64,000 bases of DNA from Octopus bimaculoides (taxonomy: Eukaryota): assembly GCF_001194135.2 (NCBI RefSeq), contig NC_068984.1, positions 18,230,698 to 18,294,697 on the forward strand, read 5' to 3'. A program made the position numbers and the translations under genes. The notes under the pieces are model-generated. The model saw nothing but the letters and a program-made list of their open reading frames with translations, ran no database searches and was not told the DNA's origin. Positions within the stretch are counted from its first letter, which is position 1. Every line of letters starts with the position of its first letter. Shown here in pieces: positions 51,121-62,368 of this stretch.

Positions 51121-51443
51121 GAAGGTGCATGGCTTAGTGGTTACAGTATTTGGCTCATGATTGTAAGGTTGTGGGTTCAATATCCAGCAACACATTGTGT
51201 CCTTGAGCAAAACGCTTAATTTCACTGAGCTCCAGTCCACTCAGCTGAAAAAAAATGAGTAGTACTTATATTTTTCGAAGGGCTAGCATTGTCACACTCT
51301 ATACCATGCTGAATCTCCCTGAGAACTACATTAAGGGTACGTGTGTCTGTAGAGTGCAGCCTCTTGCATGTTAATTTCTTGAGCAGGCTGTTCCGTTGAT
51401 CAGATCAACTGGAACTCTTGTCTTTGTAACTGACAGAGAGCCA
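51121..51443 (+). mobile_element. SINE family D, full length
   Basis: gaaggtgcatggcttagtggtt...gggttcaat...gagcaggctgttccgttgatcagatcaactggaac. Confidence 0.8.
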
Positions 51444-52154
51444 TTTTAAGACCCCATCCAGAGAAAGGCAACTCAGCTGGTTAGCTCCAAGTCTCCCACA
51501 GACATGTTGTCTCCCATCTCTGCTGTTTTTTCTAGCACTATTACAATACCCTCTGTTACTCTGGGTTGTTAGTCTCATGCCACCTCTGCTCAAGAACTCT
51601 CAACTCACCTATTACTTTTAATTTCATTACCTATATTGTGTTGAATTTAACAGGTCCCACTAACCTCTTCAGTTAGTGTTAGCCTGCTTCATTCACCCCC
51701 TCTCCCCCACTTCTCTGTCTTGCCTGCAGTTATCAACCAGCAAAAACTGAAACAGAACATCAACAGTATCTATTTCACCAGTTTCAGCATGTGTAGGGCC
51801 CCTCGTTCCAAAGTTCCAAATCAAACTGATAAATTTAACTTGTCTTATTGACTTTCTTGTGGGCATTTTTTTCCATAGAATAGTGAGTGGAGAGGTACTT
51901 TGAAGTCTGCTGTATAGGCTTGTGGTTAGGGGGCAGAGATGTAGAGGTAAACTCAGAGACCACCTTGGGCAACACACACCCTTGCTATGCCGATACATTT
52001 TTGTGTTCTAATACACTTGGTATTTTAATACAATATTCAGTTATTTTATTTATCACTTTCAATAAGATTGCTATAAATCGTGACTGAAATATTTATTACA
52101 TTATTACATATGCATATACATATGTATATATACATATATATATGTGTGTGTGTG

Positions 52155-52189
<35 letters not shown>

Positions 52190-52596
52190 CTTTTGAAACG
52201 CCTGATATATGAAACAAATGAAAGACCCATAACATAAAGGAAATCTTTTAACAATAAAATGTTTATTATTAAATATTACAAAAGAAAATAAATTATGAAA
52301 GTTTTAAACCTTGTTCTAATATTTGTCAGAGAATCTGCCATTCTGTTTCACTCTTTGCACCTCTCTCATCATTCACTCTAAACTTCTCTTCCATTTTCTC
52401 AACCGGAAAAATTCCCCTTTCAAAAAAAAAAAAAAAAAAATCAAAAAGTTTATAACACTTAAATAATCCTCTTCTACTTGATGACTGAATTAACGTCTAG
52501 TGTAACAATAATAATTTGTGCTTTCATGTATGCTTGTGTACACATGTGTCTGTCTATGTACGTATGTGCAAATAGAAGTTCTCTTCTTTTTTTTTG

Positions 52597-52630
<34 letters not shown>

Positions 52631-54210
52631 CATTAACGTTATTATTAATTCACATAATACTTAATTTTTTTTTCTCTCTGTGAGTACTTTAAGTGTACAA
52701 CACTTGTAAAGCCAGTTCATAATTACTTGCTAACATCGTTGTGTGTTTTTTTTTTTTTTTTTTTTNNNNNNNNNNTTTTTTTTTTTTTTGTTATTGTTAT
52801 TGTTTTTTTTTTGTTTGTTTTTTTCTTTTTCGTTTTTTCTTTTTTTTCTTTTTTTTTGAAAGATCAGTATGAGTATGGTATAAATATATGCAGGATCACA
52901 TCCTGGAATTTGTGGTCTTCCGGAAAAAAATAAAATAATAATCAATACGTTTTTGTGACATATTGAATTGCATGTATATTCAAATTTCTTTGTTGATTAG
53001 ATATTCATAGTAGTTAGAGTTGGTAGGTGTCTGTTACCAACTCTGCTAGAATTCTTGACTTCGCACTGCTTATCACCTTCAGTCTCACTACTGCTACTGT
53101 GTCTCTGTGATTAGCAACAATTTCATGTGGGAACAGTTGTGCTATGGAAGTAATTTGAACCTCTGTCATACAAATATAATTGTATTTCTCTTCTGTATTG
53201 GCACAACACATTTTTGGGGGGTTTTTGGGGTTATTTTTCTTTGTTTTTTTCATTTCATTTTTTGAACACAATTTCATAGAATTAAATGCCAGCATTGTGT
53301 GAGCTGTGTTGTATTGCTGTTGTTGTTGTGTATGTGTTTGGATATAGAGAGGTGTGTGTGTCTGTGAATACACACATCAGGTAAAGCAGTGTGTAAATGT
53401 ACATATGTATATTTGTACACATAAGAGATATGTGTGTTAGTATATACTGTATTTTATACACAGTGCAGATATCACTAGTGTGTGTAGACCATTTTATACA
53501 CACACAGGTAGTACAGGAATGTGTGTACACTTGGATTTTTTTTTATATAAACACAGGTGTGTGTGTATGTGTGTGCGCATAACAATATTTGACTATAACA
53601 CAGTAGATGTAAGTATATGTATGTAGATAAAATAAATATGTTTGGAATTAAAACAAACATTTTTTTTTAACATACAGGCTAAACCTTACTGACTCTTTTT
53701 CTTTTTGTTTTATTTATTTTTAATGTTACATAATTTTAACTGTCATTCTCAGAGAGAGTGAGTTCAAATGGAAGAACTTCCAAGTAATTCTCTTCTTCTC
53801 CAACAATTGCATACAGTTTCTTGATGTCTTTGTTCTCTTCCATTTAGATTCATTCTCTGTGCTCTATAAGTGTTCTTTATTGGTATATATACCTGCTGCT
53901 TAGAATGATTAAAACTAAACCCATTTTTGCAACTGTTTTCAGATTTTCCCCGATTCTTGATGAAATTCTTAGAAATCTTAGAAATTCTTATACTTGTTGT
54001 TTTCCTATCTGTTATTGGTTTCTTTGAAACAAAATTTATTCTTCATATCAGTTGTTTGTCTCCTCCTGTGTATATTATTTTTGAATAATCATTTATTTGT
54101 CTGCAGTCTACAAACAACTATGATTGATTTTTCCCATGAAAAAAAAAGAAGAGAAAGAAAATAAAGATTGGAGATTAGGGGGTGGGGGTATTTTCTTTGC
54201 TGGTAGATAT

Positions 54211-54216
54211 TTTATT
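54211..54216 (-). terminator. Candidate proximal polyadenylation signal (AATAAA) of the nested gene
   Basis: AATAAA on the minus strand about 15 nt after the stop. Further AATAAA hexamers lie downstream (e.g. 54092-54097), so the site actually used is uncertain. Confidence 0.35.
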
Positions 54217-54230
54217 AATATTTTTTTTGT

Positions 54231-56405
54231 TCAGACACTAACTGTTGGTACATATTTAAGCTTATCTTTCTTTTCATCTTCACTATCATCATCATCATCA
54301 TAATCATCATCATCTTCATCATCACTATCCAACCATTTCTTAGAACTATATGACAAAGCAGATGTGTATGTGGGAGATGTTAAATATTGGTTTGTTGTTT
54401 GTGTTGAAGAATCTGCATTTGAAAGGCTAACTAACTCTAACTTGTCTCTAGCAAGCCACAAATATTCGTTTTCCCTATTGGTTTTCATCTTTGAAAATTG
54501 TTTGTTCAGCTCATCCATGACAAGAGCTTCAGCAATACTGTTCTCTTGCATTGGTGAGACTGATTGATATTTCTTATCCATCTCTTCTTCTTTCTTTGCT
54601 TTGTCTTTTATGTGACAGATAAGACACACCACTGGGCCGACAATAAGCCAGATGGCAATTAAGCAGCCCATTCCAATACCAAAACCAGCACTGAGTGTCA
54701 ACGTTTTGGAAGGGTTTTTTTGTGTTGACACATCAGTTTGGGGTGTAACATTGTCTGTTGGTTCTTTAGGGATGACTTGCTCTGTTGATTCAACTGAAAC
54801 CAACTCCTTATCTGAGCAGCATTTGCAGTTGGCATCATCAGAACAAGGTTTTGTGCACAGGTGTGTCATTTTAGAAGGGTCCAGAGTTGCAGTGGCACTT
54901 AGAATAAGATGCTTATTTTTTGTTGTTAAAGATAATGCTGCAGTTGCTGAAGTAGGAGTAGAAAGGACAGGTTTGAGAAATCCATGTTTAGTTGGTGTTG
55001 GGTGTGTGTGTTGGGAATTAGTTGGCACAATAAGTATATCTGGTATCATTTCTGAGGGCCTCAGAAATTCTGTTGTCACTGCAGCCAATATTTTCCCGTT
55101 TAAACCCTTTTTAGTAAAATCTTTGATTTTGTTTGTAACTAAGGGTTTATGGCTTTTGGTGGTTTCTGAATCTTCTGTTAGATGAAGCAGACCACTTCTT
55201 GAAGGCATCAGAGTAGGTTTTATTCCCTTTTGCTGATGATGGGAATTAACATCTAAGGATAATATATTCCTTGGTGGTCGTTGTGTACCATATTTTGGTG
55301 GGTTTGTATAGGGTAAGTTTTTACTATCATATTTTCTTCTCGATGACCCATACCGTGTATGGGTGCTTGGTGCTGGTTGTGCAAGTGGGGGTAAGTTTGG
55401 ATCAAAATCTTCTTCACTTGTTGACAGGGGTCTTTCTTTACTTTGAGAACCTTTCGAACTGCTTTTGTCTTTTATATTTAAAAGGAATGGTGGCTGAGCT
55501 AAATATTCTGGGATGTCACTGGAATTTGCCTCTTTGAGAGGCATCTCCTCAGTTGTTGAATAGTTTTCAAACTGAGTTTCATTAATAAGCGTTGTCAAGG
55601 TACTAAGTACAGGTGTAGGTGTTAACAGAAGTATTACCCTATCAGGTTTATGTTGTGAACCTGTTCTCAACATACTTTCTGAAACTGTTTGTTGCAATGT
55701 TGATGATTGTATCGTATTATCAGCTATAGACATTTTGTTTGTTGTCGTAACTGAGTGTAAAGATGTTAGAACTGGATGCTTTCTTTTTACATTGAAATCA
55801 TCCTGACTAGTCACTGGGTTCTGTTGATCAAAAGACGAGCTCTTAAGTGGAGGTTGGCCTGAAACCATAACATTTTCAGGTGAAATCTTACTCAACTCTG
55901 GAGTTTTTACAGAACTAGAATGTATTCCAAGAGCACTTATCTGGCGCCACTTACTAGAAAATCTCGAATCTTGTTTAGTCTTCATGTCTCGAAGTGACAG
56001 ATTTAGATGTGGACTATAATTCTTCCGTTCTTTATGTTTACTATAAGCCCATTGATAGTTGTTGTTGTTGTGCTGGTGGTATTTTTTAGAATGTAAAGGT
56101 GTTTCTGTGCTTGCAGCTATCAAATTTGGGAGGTCATTAAGTGCCAGCTGTTTATCTTTAAGTGCTGGTAAATGATAACTTGCTGTTTCCATTACCCTGA
56201 AATGTTGAACATTCTTGATTCTATTTGGAAAGCCTTCTGTAGTAATTGGAATTTTATTATATTGCACTGACAACGATTTGGAGTTCATTGCTGTTGTCGT
56301 TTCTTGATAATGTACAGCTGAACATAGTGTATTATAACACAATAGTAAAATATTAATCCAACATGGAAAGTGTTTGGAAAATACTTTGTAATCCATTCTT
56401 AACAT
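54231..56405 (-). CDS. Uncharacterised 724-aa single-pass type I membrane protein (signal peptide, S/T/P-rich mucin-like ectodomain, Cys cluster, TM helix, acidic cytoplasmic tail), nested antisense in a KIF13 intron
   Basis: 2175-nt uninterrupted ORF in AT-rich DNA. True ATG at 56405 with in-frame upstream TAA (56430-56432); TGA at 54231. Hydrophobic N-terminus (CWINILLLCYNTLCSA); TM about aa 573-597 (AGFGIGMGCLIAIWLIVGPVVCLIC) followed by basic HIKDKAKK. No family recognised. Confidence 0.85.
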   Translation of the reverse strand: MLRMDYKVFSKHFPCWINILLLCYNTLCSAVHYQETTTAMNSKSLSVQYNKIPITTEGFPNRIKNVQHFRVMETASYHLPALKDKQLALNDLPNLIAASTETPLHSKKYHQHNNNNYQWAYSKHKERKNYSPHLNLSLRDMKTKQDSRFSSKWRQISALGIHSSSVKTPELSKISPENVMVSGQPPLKSSSFDQQNPVTSQDDFNVKRKHPVLTSLHSVTTTNKMSIADNTIQSSTLQQTVSESMLRTGSQHKPDRVILLLTPTPVLSTLTTLINETQFENYSTTEEMPLKEANSSDIPEYLAQPPFLLNIKDKSSSKGSQSKERPLSTSEEDFDPNLPPLAQPAPSTHTRYGSSRRKYDSKNLPYTNPPKYGTQRPPRNILSLDVNSHHQQKGIKPTLMPSRSGLLHLTEDSETTKSHKPLVTNKIKDFTKKGLNGKILAAVTTEFLRPSEMIPDILIVPTNSQHTHPTPTKHGFLKPVLSTPTSATAALSLTTKNKHLILSATATLDPSKMTHLCTKPCSDDANCKCCSDKELVSVESTEQVIPKEPTDNVTPQTDVSTQKNPSKTLTLSAGFGIGMGCLIAIWLIVGPVVCLICHIKDKAKKEEEMDKKYQSVSPMQENSIAEALVMDELNKQFSKMKTNRENEYLWLARDKLELVSLSNADSSTQTTNQYLTSPTYTSALSYSSKKWLDSDDEDDDDYDDDDDSEDEKKDKLKYVPTVSV

Positions 56406-56580
56406 TCTTTCGTTTTGTTTGTCAATTTTTTAAAAATTATTGTCTTTCTTTTATTTATTGAAGCACATTTTTTCTGAGGCACTATTATATTGTTTTTGTT
56501 TTCTTGGTCTTGTTTTTTCTTTTTCTTCATCTGTGCTTCCTCTATCGTTAAATGTCGATTCTGAAAGAGAAAAAGTAGAA
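56406..56580 (-). promoter_or_regulatory. Candidate 5'-UTR and splice acceptor of the nested gene
   Basis: Minus strand reads ttctactttttctctttcag|aatcg, with the AG at 56562-56561. This gives 155 nt of 5' UTR before the ATG at 56405. Confidence 0.6.
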
Positions 56581-58088
56581 GTTAGTGACTAGGGCTCAGA
56601 GTTACGTTCAAGTTAATGTTTTTTTTAAAAAAAAAAGTTTGTAGATAAAAGTACTGGTTTTGTTGTGTGATTTTGCTAACACTTTTTTATTTTTGATAGT
56701 AGCCTTTCTTCTTTATAAGCTAAATATCTACTGCTTTTTTTCTAATCTCTTCCTTTCTCTCTCTCATTCACACACGCACAGTGAGTGATAGATAGATAAG
56801 GTAACACTCATGAAATATATGCTAATTATTTTGACTTAATTAGAAATATATCTAGTGGGGAACACCAACTTAAAACTTTGAAAGAGAGATGGAGAGATTA
56901 TCTTTAATATGTCATTGATTTATCAATTTTAATTAATTGCACATCTTAATCATTGAGAATTTATCACTCATTAAAATCATTAGATCCTTGAGTACCATAC
57001 TTTTGCTACTAAAGAGAAATGCATGTTCTTTCTGAGAGAAGCCTGATTTACATAGCTATATTTTAGCAGGAAGAAAAGGAAGAAATTGAATTGCATTAGC
57101 ATATTCTTGGTAATTTAAGTGGAGGCAGCAGTGCTGGTGGTTTTCGTTGCCATCACCCCTCACCAATACTGACTTCAAAATTTCAACTACTTCGTCTAAA
57201 TTGAATAAGTTAAACAGTTTTAAAAAGTCTAGATATGATATATAATATTTTATATGAGAGAGAAAGCTAGAATACTTAAAGTATCTCTTCATCTCTGTTG
57301 TTCCTTACTGGGAAGAGGTACACAAAAGATAGAGAGCAGTACTAGTCAGGCTTTTAACAATTGAATATAAAAATTGTTTTGTTTCTTTCTTGTGTTTATT
57401 ATAATTTCTTTTATCATTTCTTTTCTAGATAAGACAATATTGAATTAAACTTCAAATAGAATATATGGCTTCCATTTGTGAAACGCATTTATTTTAATGT
57501 TGACCTGAAATTTCTTCTGTCTATATTAGCATATTTACTGAATTCCATGGAGATTTCTATTGTTGAGGAAAATGAAAACTGGAAAAAAAAAATAATAATA
57601 ATGATGATGAATAATAAAAATATTCGCAATGCTAAAACCAAATTTCATATTTTCTTTATTCTCATGTTCTGCTTTACCAACTAAATATCAGATAAGTCAA
57701 GTCTATCTTCGGTAGCTTTACTATTTTAACTATTAAATGGAAATCTACTGCAAATATACTTTCTAGCAGATGTGTAGCAATATCTAAATAAATAATGATT
57801 TTTCACATCAACAGTAACAAACCTAAGGAAAATGTTTTGAAAAAAATAGCGTATGCTCTTTTATTCTCAGTGGAGAAAGGTATTTGTTAAGCTTTGAAAT
57901 AGAATTCCCTTTGATAAAACCCTGCTTTTTATCTTGTACTTCATATAAGTAACCCGATAAACATTGAACTCTATTGAACGACATTTCTTTCTTTTTTTTC
58001 CTTTTATTTTTTATTTTTGCATACATATATATATAAATATATATATATATATTTATATATTGTACTTTTATTGAATAATTGCATGATT

Positions 58089-58260
58089 CTCACCGGCATC
58101 GATTTTTTTATCTATTTCATTTACTTAACCCATCTCGTTTAAGGATTACATGATGAAGAAGCGGGTGATGGGGGATGAGAGGGATGGATGTCATTCAAAT
58201 TTTGTAACCCTTTAACAGATCTCGTGTACAAATATCAAAAGAAATATCGAATGTCAAACA
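58089..58260 (-). promoter_or_regulatory. Candidate non-coding first exon and donor of the nested gene
   Basis: Minus strand CCG|GTGAGA donor (GT at 58093-58092). Six CpGs within 58081-58260 in otherwise CpG-poor DNA. The 5' boundary is arbitrary. Confidence 0.35.
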
Positions 58261-59883
58261 TGTATATATAGCTCTCTCTCTCACACACACAAACATATAT
58301 TTTAAATATCTGTATGACATTAGGTGTGGTTTTGTGTGTAGATAGATTTGTATGCATATATATTTATATATATATGCGTGTGTTTATTTACATATTTGTT
58401 TATTTTTCTATATATAAATAAACTTATAAATGTAAGAATGAGTGTAAAATTAAGTTTGCTTTGAAGCCATTTGGTTTTGGGTTCCAGCCTACTGTATGGC
58501 ACCTTTGGCAAAACTCTTCTGCTATATATATGGGCCTTACAAAGCCCTATGAGCCAAATGGTAACGATGTGCCTCTCTCATAAACAACAGACCCTGAAGC
58601 ATAATGGTTTTCAGTGTGCATAAAGGCCAGTGAAATAAAAAAAATACCTAACTTGAAAAGTAAGCAAGCATTGGTGGCAATGAGGCATGTGACCGAGAAA
58701 TACTTGTCCAACTTATATTAGCAGAGAAACACATGATTTGTGTGTGTGTGTGTGTGTGTGTATTCTAGATGTATGTTCCTAATATATTTATATATGTGTG
58801 TGTGTGGGGGTTTGCATGAGCAGTATGGGTGAATGGTTTAGACGTTTGCTTCATAACAAGGAAGTCTTGGGTTCAATCTCACTGCATGGCATCTTGGGGA
58901 AAGTGTCACTCAAAGTAATTCAAAGACACTACCTGATCAGACACACATTATATCATTAAGCAGGCAATTCAGTTGAGCAAACAACTGAGAACCATCTGTC
59001 TGAGACACATACATACATACATACATTGTTACACACACACACATATTTCTTATATGGATCATAATGTGCTTGTTGTTCCACAGTCACTCTTTGAACCTTT
59101 CAAATATTAAACTAGCTTTGCTCATCTTGCTATTTAATTTGCCTCTCAGCCTCTCATAACCACAAATCCTATTGCCCAGTTAGGTCAAGTGTCGAGCTTC
59201 CGCCAGCTTCTGCCCATCAATGGTATTGACTCCGGCTATGTCATTTGGTTTGTATTAGGGCTTGGCTGGAAGAGAACTTCATTCACACGTATGTGTATGT
59301 GTGTGTGTTTTGTTTTTCCCTGCTTTCACGGGTTAGACAAATGATACTGAGGTATTATTTTACAGCCAGATGCCTTCCTGTTGCTAACCCTTACCTGTTT
59401 TTCAAGTAAGAGGTCTCTTATTTCACACAGCTTTGGAGGCACAAAGCAAGCAATTGGTTTATTGACAAGAGAATCAACTGCTGTAACACACCATCTCTAC
59501 ACCACAACTTCTGTTTAAGCAAGCAAGGTGTAAATACACACAATCAGGTGAAAAAACTGTCAATGTTATTGGTCGATAGTGTATATAATTTAATGATCCA
59601 TGATGGATTATATTCTCACTAACAAGCATATGCATAACATGTGTACACATTCCTGCACATGGACACACTCAACACAATTATTTACTACAGATATGATCTC
59701 CCATGGATACACCTACACCTAAGTGCATATGTGGGTATATATAGTTGTGTGTGTGTGTGTGTGTGTGTAATAGTATCTGTGAGATTGTGAATTTAGTAAA
59801 TCATTTTGTATGAGTATGTATAATACATATGTGGAACTACATAGAATTATACATGCCTGAAAAGTCTTGTATGTGCTTATGTT

Positions 59884-60265
59884 GTGTGGCTGTGTGGTAA
59901 GTAGCTTGCTTGCGAACCTCATGGTTCCGGGTTCAGTCCCACTGCGTGGCACCTTGGGCAAGTGTTTTCTACTATAGCCTCGGGTTGACCAAAGCCTTGT
60001 GAGTGGATTTGGTAGACGGAAACTGAAAGAAGTCCATTGTATATATGTATATATATATGTGTGTGTTTGTGTGTCTGCGTTTGTCCCCCCACCATCGCTT
60101 GACAACTGATGCTGGTGTGTTTACATCCCTGTAACTTAGCGGTTTGGTAAAGAGACCGATAGAATAAGTACTAGGCTTACAAAGAATAAGTCCTGGGGTC
60201 GATTTGCTCGACTAAAGGCAGTGCTCCAGCATGGCCACAGTCAAATGACTGAAACAAGTAAAGGA
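59884..60265 (+). mobile_element. SINE family A, best-preserved copy
   Basis: A box tggctgtgtggtaag, B box gggttcagtccc, retained CpGs, tail ggcagtgctccagcatggccacagtcaaatgactgaaacaagtaaagg. Confidence 0.85.
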
Positions 60266-60595
60266 GTGTGTGTGCTTTACAGTGGGCATATAACTCCTAC
60301 CAGCATCAAATTATATAAACTATCTTCCAAGAATTTAGTTTATAGACAAACTCTCTCTCAAGAATGCTGTTGACTTGGAAGGTTATGGAGATCATGGCAA
60401 CATACGTCACTTCTCCATCTTAGAAGTAGGAAAACCTGACAGAAAAGCATTGTTACACAAGGTTTAAATGTAGCAGTAGTAGAAGTGGGTGTTTAGGTCA
60501 ACGACTTATTGTTTGACCTGCAGGAATTTCTGAGGTCATACTGCTATTGATAGAAGATCTTTGCTAAACATTATTAGACTTCGGGATGTTTCAAG

Positions 60596-60629
<34 letters not shown>

Positions 60630-60973
60630 GATTCAAAACTAGTGTTTTCATCTTCTATAACATTCTGAGACTAAGACTTGCATTTTGAGCTAAGCATAAT
60701 GGTTAATTATAACACTTGAAAGCAAATAGCTATATATAGCCACATACACACATATATACATGCGTACATGCATGTGTATATGTATACTTGTAATTTTTAT
60801 CAAATTGTCAGTTTGGTAAGTGCCATGTACAAAACCCTTGGCCTTTGAGTCACTTTTAGAACTTTCTGTTGGTAAAAATAATAAAAGAAATATATACTCA
60901 TGTACTGAGTTCTATTTCACCTGTTTGTTCTACCAAACTTATATATATATATATATATAGGTTTATATATATA

Positions 60974-61800
60974 NNNNNNNNNNNNNNNNNNNNNNNNNNN
61001 NNNNNNNNNNNNNNNNNNNNNNNNNNNNNNNNNNNNNNNNNNNNNNNNNNNNNNNNNNNNNNNNNNNNNNNNNNNNNNNNNNNNNNNNNNNNNNNNNNNN
61101 NNNNNNNNNNNNNNNNNNNNNNNNNNNNNNNNNNNNNNNNNNNNNNNNNNNNNNNNNNNNNNNNNNNNNNNNNNNNNNNNNNNNNNNNNNNNNNNNNNNN
61201 NNNNNNNNNNNNNNNNNNNNNNNNNNNNNNNNNNNNNNNNNNNNNNNNNNNNNNNNNNNNNNNNNNNNNNNNNNNNNNNNNNNNNNNNNNNNNNNNNNNN
61301 NNNNNNNNNNNNNNNNNNNNNNNNNNNNNNNNNNNNNNNNNNNNNNNNNNNNNNNNNNNNNNNNNNNNNNNNNNNNNNNNNNNNNNNNNNNNNNNNNNNN
61401 NNNNNNNNNNNNNNNNNNNNNNNNNNNNNNNNNNNNNNNNNNNNNNNNNNNNNNNNNNNNNNNNNNNNNNNNNNNNNNNNNNNNNNNNNNNNNNNNNNNN
61501 NNNNNNNNNNNNNNNNNNNNNNNNNNNNNNNNNNNNNNNNNNNNNNNNNNNNNNNNNNNNNNNNNNNNNNNNNNNNNNNNNNNNNNNNNNNNNNNNNNNN
61601 NNNNNNNNNNNNNNNNNNNNNNNNNNNNNNNNNNNNNNNNNNNNNNNNNNNNNNNNNNNNNNNNNNNNNNNNNNNNNNNNNNNNNNNNNNNNNNNNNNNN
61701 NNNNNNNNNNNNNNNNNNNNNNNNNNNNNNNNNNNNNNNNNNNNNNNNNNNNNNNNNNNNNNNNNNNNNNNNNNNNNNNNNNNNNNNNNNNNNNNNNNNN
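60974..61800. other. Assembly gap (827 N)
   Basis: N run; large enough to hide an exon. Confidence 1.
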
Positions 61801-62039
61801 TATATATATATATATATATATATATGTTTGTATTACATCATAGCCTTCCCTTAGATATGGACAACTTGTGTGTACGAGCAACAGTGAGAGTTTAAGGCAG
61901 GGCCAAATTCTAAATGGTTTAATTGCTTTGTGTTGAGTGCACCCAATCATATATATATGTATGTATGTTTATATAAATTTGTGTGTGTGTGTGTGTATAT
62001 ATAACTGATTAGTATTTGCTTTTTGAACTATTGGTCATA

Positions 62040-62260
62040 GCTGAAATGTCAGTGTTGTTCTTCTGACTCAGATTAGCCGTGATCAAGCAGAGCCTCAGAT
62101 CAAAGTTGTCCCAACCATGATAATCTCAACCTCTTCTACGTGTATCAAAGACTTCATAATCCAGTGCATCATTTATATTTAAGATGATGGCGCTTGATAC
62201 AAGGATGATTTTACTGCTATTTCTAGTATACCAAGCCATCATATCATTGGATATTCATCA
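62040..62260 (+). mobile_element. Interspersed repeat family F
   Basis: gatcaagcagagcctcagatcaaag..cca.ccatga...tttaagatgatggcg..tgatacaaggatgattttactgctatttctag. Confidence 0.5.
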
Positions 62261-62328
62261 TCATTCTTAATGTAAAATCTGGTTGAGCAGTGTTTATCAA
62301 CTTAGATAGAAAGCATCATCACATTTCA

Positions 62329-62368
<40 letters not shown>

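Noticed and set aside
54364-55537. Plus-strand ORFs 54364-54567, 54652-55185 and 55271-55537
   Set aside because: They are antisense shadows of the 724-aa minus-strand CDS and show no kinesin or other motif.
59259-59276. GLAGRE as the missing KIF13 DLAGSE (switch II) exon
   Set aside because: There is an in-frame TAG immediately upstream, no LSLV before it and no ERA..TGA..RLKEG after it.
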